A stretch of DNA of 64,000 nt from positions 1 through 64,000 of the forward strand of contig CBFFRP010000527.1 in assembly GCA_965644295.1 (NCBI GenBank), in the 5' to 3' direction. The notes beneath the pieces are model-generated. The model saw only the letters and a list, made by a program, of their open reading frames with translations, did no database searches and was not told the origin of the DNA. Position 1 is the stretch's first letter, and each line of letters begins with the position of its first letter. The position numbers and the translations under genes are program-made. Shown here piece by piece: positions 11,211 to 23,038 of the stretch. This DNA is from Paraphysomonas bandaiensis. Lineage: Eukaryota; Protista; Chrysophyceae.

Positions 11211-14200
11211 ATGGATATGAATATTGTGACCTTTAACAATGCTTTCTATAACTTAACTGGAACTAATAGATTGACATCAGAGGACTCTACTTGGTCCAAT
11301 CTATTCCAATACACTGATGCTTTACTACTGAAAGGAAACGAGCTGACATGGCAGTCGTATTGCTCACGACTCATGATTAATAACATATCAACAGGAAATT
11401 TAATTACTTTTATAGCTATGACAACTCATAAGATGAAGCTATTGGATATACACACATACAATAGTGAAGAGATTGAACAAAGCTGTGTAGCTATGCATAT
11501 TACAGGGCTTTTTATTCATTATATAAACTCTCAGTTAGTTTCATCAGAGGTATATACTTTCGTGTGCAAAGGGTTTTTAAATAGGTATTGTGTATAGGTT
11601 CGTCTACAGTTCGGTTTATCACAGAATAGCCCCAACAGAGTCGAGTTCAGAGGCCCCAAGACTCTTAGTGACATCTCTAGTGATCCATTTGCTTATGGTG
11701 ATGTGGTAGTTCAAGAACTGATTGAGGAGATTGTAGAGCTGCTTCATAATAGTACTTGCATGTATGTAGCCACTGATGCGTGAAGAGTTGACACTACCGT
11801 GCGTTGGTAACTGATTGTTTTAGATCATGGCTGTATGACACCTCCTACTTCGCATGCAACCTACTTCTTTGCATTCTCAGCTCCCAACTCTACAAACCTG
11901 TAGTAGCGACGCATGATTCCATGTTAGAGTCACCTGAAAGCAATTCGAAACAAAAGTATCAGTGGCCAGAAAATATATTCTTAACGTATATGTTTAGTAT
12001 GGCCTCTGGACAAGCCAAGGTGTTGTGTTTTGTATACGTTTATGTCGCTTGATGTCTATATTGAAGTGGTTATTGTTGTATGTGTCCTTATGTATGTTGT
12101 GTTGCATACGTCAGAAGAGGTTTTGAACATGCATGGGTTAATTCATTTTTAGTGTGCAACAGCAATCTGCACCGTGATAATATATATTGTAATGTTCAGC
12201 GGCATGTTTTCTCTAATACCGACCCTCTGTCGTGCAAGCTTGTGAGGGCTCTTATTTCTCAGTTTACCAGAAGCGTCGCTAATGTGTCACTTCCCATGCA
12301 TCGATTTTCTAACTACAAGGATAGGCTAAGTAGAGCAGTATATTCTTCTGTTCTGCCTGAAACTTTCGATGAAGCGATGGCGATGTATACGTCAACTACA
12401 AGTTTCGCTGGTTCTGTCCTAGGTACTCTTTGGTCATTTGTTAATGTTATAAGTACGGTTGTGAGGAATCTCGTGACTTACTATGTTGACGATGAGTTTT
12501 GGGTTTTTGGATCTTTGTACAACGCGCCTTTTCTACTTAAAAGCGAGGAAACGACTTCAGACCAAACTACATCGAATGTCTTCACAAAAGCTGCTGATGC
12601 TGCTTGCAAAGATGTATTGGCGGAGCGGGCGTTAAGTGTACTGCTACTTTTGATTCACAATCGCAGGTAGTGTTGGCTAGTGGATTTATTTGGTGGATCA
12701 AAATATTGTTGAACGATATGGTCTGATATTTCTGTTCCAGATCCGAAATTTTAAATCCGTTTTTTCATGACTTCTGCATGATATACGATGGGAACCAAGT
12801 TGCTTTATTTCAAGAAGATGGTAAAGACGCTCTATGTGAGGATGATGGTGAAGAGTATGGGGCAAATGGGGGAGCGATAAAGAAGATTGATGTAGATTTT
12901 AAAAAGCTTACATCATGCATAGCCAGGTCTGTGTGCTGCTTCGAAATATTTCATTATGCATATTGATTTATATATTTCAATGATTCTGTTACTTGCAAGT
13001 ATGGTACTCATATACATAGGAAGCTCGTCATAAATACATTAGTAATTTATGGGCAGGAATATTATATACGAGAACTACGCTGTGCTGTTGTATACGTTAC
13101 TCCAATCTCATCCAACCTACGTGGCCTCAATCACTTCATCTGGTAAGCGTTAACCTTGCATGTTATGAAATTATACCAGAGACTCAATTAGTAAATTTAT
13201 TTGATATAATGCATGTGGTTGCGACTAATACCTAGATCCGTAGGTGTCGTAAAACTATTACTACTTTCGCTCCTGGAGCAGATGTATTTCGAAAATGAGA
13301 AGAATGTGTTGAAAGAGCGTGTGCAATCGTTATATATCATTGCAATCAACACTCTCATGATTACGCAAGATCCATTAGTGCAGAAAACTTTATGGAAGCT
13401 AAAGCTGGATGCTCTACCGCCCTGGTACTTGGAGAAATCCTTCGTCAATGTACGTTTCTTTTGTCGGGTGCATCATATATGGGCACAACAGTAGGATTGC
13501 TACCGATAACGCGAATAACTCCGCTACTGTAGGCATCCTTTGGTGATCTTGTTTTGATGTGTGCATTGAGAGGTGCTCTTGTCAGTGCGTTTACGATGAA
13601 GGACTCGTATCTACTCTCTATTTCATTGTCTGTGCTACTGAGTATTGCTCCGCACCTGAATAATATTCACTCCCATACAGCAGAGAGATTAGTATCTGTG
13701 ACATACAGGTACACTATCATATTGGTTATTTGGCGTTGAAATATATAAGGCGGTTGTAACTCGTTTATGCATTACGTATGTTTCATCCTGTAATGTCTCT
13801 TGTGCATTGATGACACAGACTGTGCAAGAGATACAATGTTCTCGTGAACAGAGTAAAAACGAGCCGAGAACAACAGAAAGTGTATCAACAGAGTATGACC
13901 CATGAGTCTCCCCATTCGAAGCCTAACACACCAACATCACGTTCAAGGACCCCCCTATCATCGTGCTCTGTCTCTCCTCCGACAATAAATCTACAGGCAC
14001 CTCCAAAGTTTACTTCAAAATCTCCTCCCTTTACACCAACACCTATTCATAATAATACGTCTCCTCCAACTTCTGTAAGGGCTGCTCCATCACTTGTATC
14101 TCCTGTGTCTACAACTACTTCAGTGCGGCAAACAACCACCCCTTCTGGTAGATCGCCACCAATGATTACAAGAACCCCCCCATCACTTGTATCTCCTGTG

Positions 14201-15905
14201 TCTACAACTACTTCAGTGCGGCAAACAACCACCCCTTCTGGTAGATCGCCACCAATGATTACAAGAACTCCCCCATGCCATCCATCACCAACTTCACTGC
14301 CTTCTATTGAAGGTCAACCTAATGTGGCACGTGTATTTACTTTTGACGATGGGGCTATCACGACTACTGTAGAAAAGGTTAGAGCAAGCCCCCATTTTCC
14401 CTTGCAGTTCAGGTAGTGATGAATAGTTTTGAATGATAGTTTCTAATTCAAAACAGGGGAAAAGATGAAAATAATGTGTTGCAAATTCCCGATGGTGATG
14501 ACGAGGAGTCACTGCTGTCGTTACTAGAAGAAGTGTTGTGTTGTCTTTTGTGGATCGTTACGAGTGCTCTCAGGTGATTATAGTGTCTTTGATGTTTGCA
14601 CATGTACATATGGATATATAGCTAGTTTCGAATGGCTCAGATCTATATGTATGTTACATGTTTTTACGTACTAATGTACTGATGTCTTGAAGTGTGGGCC
14701 GGAGAAAGTCAAACGTCAATCTCCTTTATGCATTGACCTCCAAACACCGCCCGATATGTGATATTTTGTCGAGTTCGCCTATTTGTCAGCTGTTCATCTG
14801 GGACATCACTGCTAGCGGGGCCTCTACACTGAAGAGTGATATACCCTTGGATATTAATCGTTCTGACGACAATACAGCAGAAGAATGTAGGAAGACATGT
14901 ACCTCCCACACTTCTCGTAAACCAGCAATTGACGTTCTCACTGTAGAACAATTGCAGACTAGCAATACCAGCGATCGCAGATTCACCAAACGTTCGTTGT
15001 TGAATAGCTATTTCTCAAAACTAAGACACAATAGTAGTGTCTTGTCGCTGACAGAATTAGTGAACATCGTCAAATATGCTTTGAACGTGCTAGATACCTA
15101 CTGTGATGACAACCATCTTCAAATAGATGTGCTTGAAACGAACGATGTAAGTATCAGTGTATGTAGAAATGCATCTTATCGTTCCAATGAGTTGAATTGG
15201 ATTCTGTGGTAGAGTACAGTGGTAGAACGGCTAGACGTTTACAACTTACTTGACTTGTTGTTGTGCATAATATCGGCTCGCTGGTATAAATTTATTCTAG
15301 CATAGAATTTCACTTAGTATACTGTAGTTCATCAAACCGTGTGCAGCAGATATGTACCCCGTATTATTTTATGTTGTATATAGATCATGTGTTCTCCCTT
15401 GCTGTACTCCTCCACTTCTACTTACCACAATTTTGTATTGATCAGGCGATAAATTTGCTCAAGGGACATCTGGGCAGCCATATGTCGTGCAGTTCTTCAC
15501 TGGTTACACCCGATGTGACCCAACTAACGTTCAAAGAGGACGAATCGCCAGAGTTTTTTTTTATTCCTAGTATATGGGAATATGCGGTCAGTTTTCTTTG
15601 TGCTATTTTGCTACTGCTGAGACTTTGATATTCAGTGATTATTGAGTACTGTCTATTACACACCTAGTTGGAGATGTTTGATGTTGTAATTTCTGTGTTA
15701 TTTCTTTTGTTCATGAAACATGCCAAGAACCGCGGACAAGTATAATAACTGAGCCATGTAGGTGCGGCAATATAATGATATTGCATGGAAGACTAAAGCT
15801 ATCACTCTCTTTGATATTCATCCTGCTGGGAGTGCTGTTATTTCTGATGAAGAGTCTCGGAGTAATTTTTCTGATGAATATAATTACTTGTCAGACTTCG
15901 TTTAA
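11211..15905 (+). CDS. DYM: Dymeclin-like protein, multi-exon (exon boundaries partly inferred)
   Basis: LYIIAINTLMITQD...PWYLEK.../SFGDLVL...KDSYLLSISLSVLLSIAPHLNNIHSHTAERLVS, NVNLLYAL and FKEDESPEFFFIPSIWEY match dymeclin conserved blocks. Last exon VRQYNDIAW...DFV* ends at 15905. Confidence 0.85.
14087..14276 (+). repeat. In-frame 93-bp tandem duplication in a Ser/Thr/Pro-rich exon
   Basis: PSLVSPVSTTTSVRQTTTPSGRSPPMITRTP occurs twice with near-identical DNA. Confidence 0.95.
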
Positions 15906-16236
15906 TTCTGAACTTATTTTGAACAGCCCCTATCAAGGCATAATGGTAGGAACACTACGGATATACATGCATTTGATTCAAATTCAATATTTTTGTATTG
16001 CTATCATAGACAACTTTCTACGGATACTATTATTATTCGTTTTTCAATAATGCTGTTGCTGTTATAAATGATTATAGTACTAAATGGATATAATTTTAGT
16101 GTGTAATAGTAGAGGCAAAACGATGAATTTTTAGTTACACATAAACCCTTACATATTCGACTGGAAGTTACTATAATCGTAATGTGAACAGCCTTTTGTA
16201 TTCTGTAGACAGCACGAGACACTGTCGTTCGTAAAT

Positions 16237-16978
16237 CAGGGATAGGGAACAATATATTGCAATACTATTGTTAGATAGCGTTCCATCAATTGTATTGATG
16301 GATATTTTAAACCGGTCCTACAATATATTGCAATATATTAGTATGACTAATCAGTAGGTATATACATCCGTAGATTTCATTTTTAGTATTAGTCATTAAG
16401 ATCACATGACAACCAAACCAACTGCTGCTTATAGCTACTAAAAATCCACTTCGTCGTCATCCTCTGAGCCATCGGTGACGTCAACATCACCATATTCATC
16501 CACAGAATTAATTGAAATATGCTAGTATCCGGCCACCACTGTCGAATAGCTTTCAGAAACAACAGCATATTAAGTAGGATGGATACATTTGCGCAACACT
16601 GATATAATATGTTTAGCTGTGCTGAACAGACGTTCCCATGTATTGGAAGTACATACCAGGACCAGGCAACCGTTAATGACTCGTGGATCTGTACGTTTCT
16701 TAATTTTTTGAGCTGACTAAAGATTTTTAGTCGCATAGTCAACATCAGTTTCATTATCCTCTGTAATGTTGTTATCAATTTCTCGGTTATTTATATCCAT
16801 TTTGCACCCTACAGTTGAGAATATTCTCTTATATGACTATCATAATATTGATTGCAATATATTGCAATAGTATTGTGAGCTTTTTTAACAGAAACACTAT
16901 TGATGGAATATTTGGCCGGTCCACCAATCAATGTATTGTACAATGTATTGCAATACAATATATTGTTCCCTATCCCTG
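16237..16978 (-). mobile_element. Non-autonomous hAT DNA transposon with eroded transposase C-terminus
   Basis: Perfect 23-bp TIR CAGGGATAGGGAACAATATATTG; 8-bp TSD tcgtaaat/gcgtaaat (7/8). Minus-strand remnant TSNTWERLFSTAKHII..LRK then (frameshift) LNMLLFLKAIRQWW resembles the hAT dimerisation domain. Confidence 0.88.
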
Positions 16979-18058
16979 GCGTAAATCAAGATGTGTAGAT
17001 AAATGGTTATCTTTGCAATTTAACGAGACCCATATTAAACTAAATCATCTGAATCTTGTAGACAAAAAACATTAACACATTAATCATAACGCATTATAGT
17101 GCTTTTAATTCGTCGTATGCCGTATACTATTAATCCAACAGCACATATGATTGCTAATCAAAGGATCTTTTCTTGTGCAATTCTATTCAATATATGGTTA
17201 ACTGCGTCTGGATTTAGTAGGAAAATATCAACACAATATGAAGTGATTCTATAATATTGTGTTCCTTAACTGTAAATACCGTTGGGCTAGCTACTTATGG
17301 CCAGGAGTTGCATGAGTAGGCCACACCATACATTTCTATTCAATCTACTTGTCCCAATTCAATGCGCATGTCAGTTGTATTAATAGCATATATTACAAAG
17401 ATGTTCTCGAGGTCATCATGAGGTATATTTCATATCATATATTTCTACCTTCCAATATATAAGCACCCTCATGTTCAGTTCAATGCACTCCCCTTGGACT
17501 GATGTCGAGAAGGCCAAAAAATCACGATTATATACTCATATATGCCGTACATGTACACAGTATATTGATCATCAAAAATCAGAATAAATGAAAAAACTGG
17601 AATTTTTGTGTGATCGAGAAGCACCTTTTCAGCAGAGATGTAGTGTGTATATGAGAAATCATGTGCAATAAATACCTGTAGAGAAATTCGTGAAATTTGA
17701 GTTTTCCAAATGTACACTGTAAATTTAGTAACTGAAAAAACAGGGATTTTTATGCCGTTGTATTCAACTACGAGTACAACGTATTCTGAAAAAATTCTTG
17801 GGCAGTATTACATACATATTATATACGGCAGTACAGTGTATACCATACATACATACATACACTCATATGTGTGCCATATGTACAGAGCGTATATACCAGT
17901 ATATACATATGCATGTACATCATCCTCTCTCTATACATGTATTTACATGTATGGGTATAGTAGCTAGCTCTATCTCGAACTAGTCTCTTAATATATACAT
18001 GTAGATAGGAATGAATGTGATATCTTACTATATTAATATAATCATTCTATAAATATCA

Positions 18059-19429
18059 ATGATATCAAGTGATTTAAAAGAAATTAATCTATTAGAGGCT
18101 ACACGTTTGTTTTGGTGGGATGTCATGAATTCACAGTTACATCATCAAACACTATTATCAACATTATCTCCTGATTGTAGATTACAGAATGCATTTGGTA
18201 ATGATACTAGAGGTGTGAATGGAAAAGAAAAATGTATTATTAAAATTAAGGAAATAAGGAATTGGCTGCTTTATGCTGGATTGGATTGCACTGTACAGCA
18301 TCTCAAGCAAACATCCTCTACTCAAACGAGATTTGTTTTACAAGGGAATATAAGTGGACTTCCTAATGTAACGAATAGTACTATACATAGTGTTATTATT
18401 GGAATTGCGATTGAGTGGCAATGTGGAGTCATAGTAGGCATTGTTATTCATAGAAATACCAGTGTTGAACAATTTATAAAGAGACTGGATGATATCAGCG
18501 ATGATTGTTTGTCCCTTCATTCCATCTCGTTGAAAAGTGAGAATGGAGATACTGATGACAATATAGGTGATAGCTTTGACGAGATGTCTCCGGTTAAACG
18601 TACAAGCGATGAATTTAATCAGTGGGCATCCGTTTGTCTAGGTCACACATTGTGCCCTCCTTATATTGTAGAAAGGCCATCGTTCAGTAATCCTGTGTTG
18701 GCTGTGACTGTTTTACGTTGTGAAAATTTAAAATCGAGATTGCGACGTGTAATCAGACGCCCTGTGAATGCTTGTGTTAGTGTCACTGTTGGCGACACTA
18801 CCTTGCGCACAGATGTTGTACGAAATAATCGTCATCCTGTTTTTAGTACTCGCACAAGTAGACCTTTTATATTGCGTATACCGGAGGAGATATTACATAG
18901 CGGATGTTTAGAGATTACTGTGGAAGACGTACACTTGGACACCGTGGTATTAGCGAGAGCGAGGGTACCGTTTGCACATCTCCCATGTGTTGACAAATCC
19001 ATGGACACTCACGAGATGACCCTTCCACTAGAGTTATACAAACCATATATTCTCTCCCCATCTGAAGAAGATGGTGAATCTATTGCCAATGCCTCCGAGT
19101 TAGTAGTATCTAGACAGTGTAGTCTGGATAGTAGTACTAGTAGTGCAACCACCACAACTACCTCATCTGGCGAGGCCAGTATCACGTTAAATATCGCGAA
19201 AGTGGATGTCGTTCAGTGCTGGGTCATGAGAGAGCTTGCCGCCAGAGATGAACAGAGGGAAATGCGTTTACGCGCCATAGAGAGCGACTCTCTGTGGAAC
19301 ATAGGATCACCCACTTTGAGTGTAGCTTCGAGTAACGTGAGCAGCGACCGACTAGATGACGGAATGAGTGATGAAGATAAGCTGCGTCATCTTAGTGTGC
19401 GATGGGTGACTAACAATGAACTCTGGTAA
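18059..19429 (+). CDS. C2-domain protein, intronless, uncharacterised N-terminal domain
   Basis: 456-aa ORF. LAVTVLRCENL...VNACVSVTVG...RTDVVRNNRHPVF...LEITVED is a C2 pattern lacking most Ca-binding Asp residues. Confidence 0.8.
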   Translation: MISSDLKEINLLEATRLFWWDVMNSQLHHQTLLSTLSPDCRLQNAFGNDTRGVNGKEKCIIKIKEIRNWLLYAGLDCTVQHLKQTSSTQTRFVLQGNISGLPNVTNSTIHSVIIGIAIEWQCGVIVGIVIHRNTSVEQFIKRLDDISDDCLSLHSISLKSENGDTDDNIGDSFDEMSPVKRTSDEFNQWASVCLGHTLCPPYIVERPSFSNPVLAVTVLRCENLKSRLRRVIRRPVNACVSVTVGDTTLRTDVVRNNRHPVFSTRTSRPFILRIPEEILHSGCLEITVEDVHLDTVVLARARVPFAHLPCVDKSMDTHEMTLPLELYKPYILSPSEEDGESIANASELVVSRQCSLDSSTSSATTTTTSSGEASITLNIAKVDVVQCWVMRELAARDEQREMRLRAIESDSLWNIGSPTLSVASSNVSSDRLDDGMSDEDKLRHLSVRWVTNNELW

Positions 19430-19780
19430 TTATTTATATTTTAAGTTGTACAATAAGCAATCATATTGTACAATACATATGAACTAGGATTTGGTTGTGG
19501 TACATTTATGTCTGAAACAACTATTGTACATGATAGTTCATGAAGTTATCCTTGATGAATTTTGGATTTTGGATACCTTGTATTTTTCACCAGCGTTGCT
19601 TGTGTTACGTACTCACCGGCGAATTATATATAATATATAATATAATTTGGCTCCTTAATTTTGTATTTTGGCCTAATTGAACTCAAGTGCTTTACTATGC
19701 TTGTAATTGTTCAAGAATGGTACTTTCGAAGTACTATATCAATACCTCAAGAATAATACTATTATTTTGCGGGTATGGTG

Positions 19781-20269
19781 CAGGGCTAGGAAACAATATA
19801 TTGAATTGTACAATATATATTGTAAAATATATTGATTAGTCGACCGGCCAAATTTTCCATCAATATTGTTTCTGCTAAGGTAGCTCACAATATATTGCAA
19901 TCAATATTATGATAGTCAACTGTAGGGTGCAAAATGGATATAAATAACCGGGAAAATTAGAAAAAAGCCTAATTTTGGTATTATTGATGATGATGAGTGA
20001 TGAATACATACAAGAGTAGAGATATATACCGCTGTTTTTGGAGAACGGTTGAAGGTGAAACAAACAAGACCTGAGAAAGTGTGAAAGAGCTTCCAACCTG
20101 CTTCAAACAGGAGGATCAAGTCAAGTGAATATAATATGTAAGGATACTAATATGTAATATATTGCAATATATTGTAATTGTATTGTTGGGCCTGTTTAAA
20201 ATCTCCATCAATAGTATTGTTGGAACGCTCTCTAACAATAGTATTGCAATATATTGTTTCCTAGCCCTG
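19781..20269 (+). mobile_element. hAT-derived MITE, same family as 16237-16978, opposite orientation
   Basis: 23-bp TIR CAGGGCTAGGAAACAATATATTG; shared subterminal CAATATATTG repeats and internal CTGTAGGGTGCAAAATGGATATAAATAACCG; no TSD visible. Confidence 0.85.
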
Positions 20270-20577
20270 CACCTTGAGAGTCTAATACGTCCATACCCAC
20301 TACACGAACATACTATGGCTTATTTGCAAGTAAAAATACAGATTGAATTCGACCCAAGCGTATCAAATCTCTTCTCCGTTCTCCCTGGCTGCGTTAATAT
20401 TCGTTCACACCCAGAGGTCATGCCACATAACGATAAACCACCCTGACATGGATATTGTAGAGTGATAAATACATTCTAGCCTTAACGCAACAACGGACTT
20501 TTTTTATTATATACATTACCAAGCCAAAGCAAACGTAAGATTTAAAGCTTAAGCTAATTCTATTCAACTGTGTCTTA

Positions 20578-20814
20578 TCATTTCTCATTAGACCCTTTCG
20601 CAAACTCTTGTGCATTTTTCCACATAGAGTTAGACCTATTAGTTTCGATATTTTTCATAAAATCATTTGGAAGGCTCTCTGTTCGTTTCTTCTCAATATC
20701 ACTGAAGAATGGAAGGTATACAGCGGATATAGATAACGTACCAAGTGTTAGTAATATACCAGCAATAAGTACATTTCTTCCACTACCACTTCGTACTTTT
20801 CTTAAGGTTCTCAT
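20578..20814 (-). CDS. Putative 78-aa single-pass membrane protein
   Basis: ATG start, basic N-terminus, one hydrophobic helix (VLIAGILLTLGTLSISAVYLPFF) and a polar tail with SMWKN. Upstream DNA resembles other gene 5' regions here. Confidence 0.55.
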   Translation of the reverse strand: MRTLRKVRSGSGRNVLIAGILLTLGTLSISAVYLPFFSDIEKKRTESLPNDFMKNIETNRSNSMWKNAQEFAKGSNEK

Positions 20815-21299
20815 TATAGTGATATTTCTATTAATTTATTATAAGAATTATAATTAGAAGAATGTGATTGACTGGCAGTAGGAGTATATGGACATCTAGA
20901 CATATATAGACATGCACCACAGTGCAGTGCACTCTGCTGTATATGTTGATGTTCATACCATACTACGAGTGATGACAATTCGCTGTAGAGAAGAGAAAGG
21001 CCAAAAATCATGAAAAAAATCATGAAAAAGTGTCTTTTATATTTAATTCCATAACTTTTTCATTTCAGTAATCGAAATACTGTGATTTTAACATGTATAA
21101 CATATACAAGATGCCGTACTGTATATGTATAATACACAGTAAATATACAACAGATCTTGAATATTACACATAAAAATTCAGATTTTATTTAAAAAAATAT
21201 CCTTTTAATAATTTAAAACCTATATTTTAACGCTTTTTGTCTCAGCTTTATATAAACTCTGTATGTCGTGTATATCTATGGCATTCACAGGCAGTGTTT

Positions 21300-21590
21300 T
21301 CAGATCAAATATCTCTCATAGCTCCTGGCGTGTGGGTCCATTAGGATCAAATGGGACCTTGAAAAAATGTTTCTTGTCCTCTTCCTGTCTTGGCCTTGGG
21401 GCTGGAATTGGATTGGATTGGATTGCCGGAGTTGGTTAACGATCTCCTCGAATTTGGGCTTGAGCGTACGGGCGTGATATCCTCTGGCTCTTAGTCTCAT
21501 GTATCAACAGAACACACGACATGAAGACTTCATTCATATTGTTAGACTTCTATTCGAAAGACTAAGAACCAGAAGATAGCGCTCCATACT
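21300..21590. mobile_element. Degraded Penelope-like retroelement fragments in inverted arrangement
   Basis: Minus strand reads RLRARGYHARTLKPKF then (frameshift) FFKVPFDPNGPTRQEL*EIF; plus strand reads EDFIHIVRLLFERLRTRR. Both resemble the RT-thumb/linker region of Penelope-like elements (recognition from memory). Confidence 0.6.
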
Positions 21591-22384
21591 GTACATAACA
21601 AACATATTAAAGGAGATGATACTAGGAAAGAACAACAACAAGTATGTCAAAGAAACGAATATGTTCTACACGCATGAGAACTCATGCTGTAGTAGTGTAT
21701 GCTGACTGACTGAGAGTTCTCTTACTATATCACTATAAGATAGTGATATCTATAATTTTATGAGAATAAGAGGGGAGATAATGAATGCTAGAGTTAGGAA
21801 GATATATCCAGTGCAGACATCGAGCTGTAGGCAATGAATTAGTCCCAGATTATACCATTATATGATCATCTCCGTAGAGTCCCGCTCTCTGAAGTGCATG
21901 AAAAAGTAATGAATTTATCATTTATAGAGAAGAAAAGGTTGCCACTATAATAGGTGTGAAACGGTCTTGTATCACCCTTCGTCGGTGTATGGTGTGCATA
22001 CATGGTCTATATCTTAGTGTGATTATATTCTTCGTGGGTCATTTTCAGTTGATGCAGCGAAAGGAATGTACCTTCTCTATTTAAGTGCCATGAAAGCGCA
22101 TGCTCAAGGGACCCGTAATAAAGCTGAGGCTGTATGCAAAATTTTATGATTTCATAGTAATCAAATTTCTTTGCTCCTAAACCTGCTATGATCGAACTAG
22201 CAGTGGAAGTGTTATAATAGTCGATTCTGTGAGTTTTGCACTTTTTTTATTATCTCTTTAGTTCAATCTAACTAACATCAAGTCTAGAGTTGAGAAGAAA
22301 ATGTATGTTTCTATCAATGCCATACCATTCTTGTTGTAAATTTCATTTAAATCTTTGTAAAGATTGCCTCATTCCCGCAGTGTA

Positions 22385-22705
22385 CCCATAGTAAGTTGTA
22401 ACGGTAGTATATTTAGGGTATTTGTCCCTACTTAATTTATCCGATGTTCCTACTAAACCAAAAAGTGCCATTTGTTCGTTCTAATTTTTTCTAATATCCC
22501 TATTAAACTAAAACTAAAAGCTGAGCCTACTAAATTTTTCAGACATTCCTACTAACTTAAGAATTTTATTCGATTCCACTTTAAAGCAATAAGGCTCAGC
22601 CGTCATTTTTAGTTTAATACGAAAACCTGCTAAATTTAGTAGGTACAAATGGAAAATTTAGTTGGTATAAAATATAAAATTGACGAATGACACCGCCCAT
22701 AGTAA
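22385..22705. mobile_element. Old MITE-like element between 10-bp direct repeats
   Basis: CCCATAGTAA at 22385-22394 and 22696-22705; degenerate inverted arms built from CCTACTAAATTT-like motifs. Confidence 0.45.
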
Positions 22706-22725
22706 AGCGCTTTATGCCCTTTCAA

Positions 22726-22770
22726 GGTGTGAGCCTTCGACATACTGTTAATTCATAGAAGGCTCACACC
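22726..22770. repeat. Perfect 13-bp inverted repeat with 19-nt loop
   Basis: GGTGTGAGCCTTC ... GAAGGCTCACACC. Confidence 0.85.
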
Positions 22771-23038
22771 AAGGAAAACATCAGGGACAAGGTACAATTA
22801 AAACCTGGGATGGGGAATACGGGCTCTTGTCTAAAATTTTAAAACATTTTTTTTGTTTCGGTTTCAAAATAATAGCTGCGGCATGATATAGCCTCCTTAT
22901 AACCCACGGGTTTATATAACTATATCCGTGGAGGGAGCCGTGGAGTACAAACAAGTGATATTGAAAAAGTCAACAGAGAATGGATCCGCAACTGCATTTT
23001 TTTATAAGTACATAATCAAAATTCGAAGACAGCAGTTG

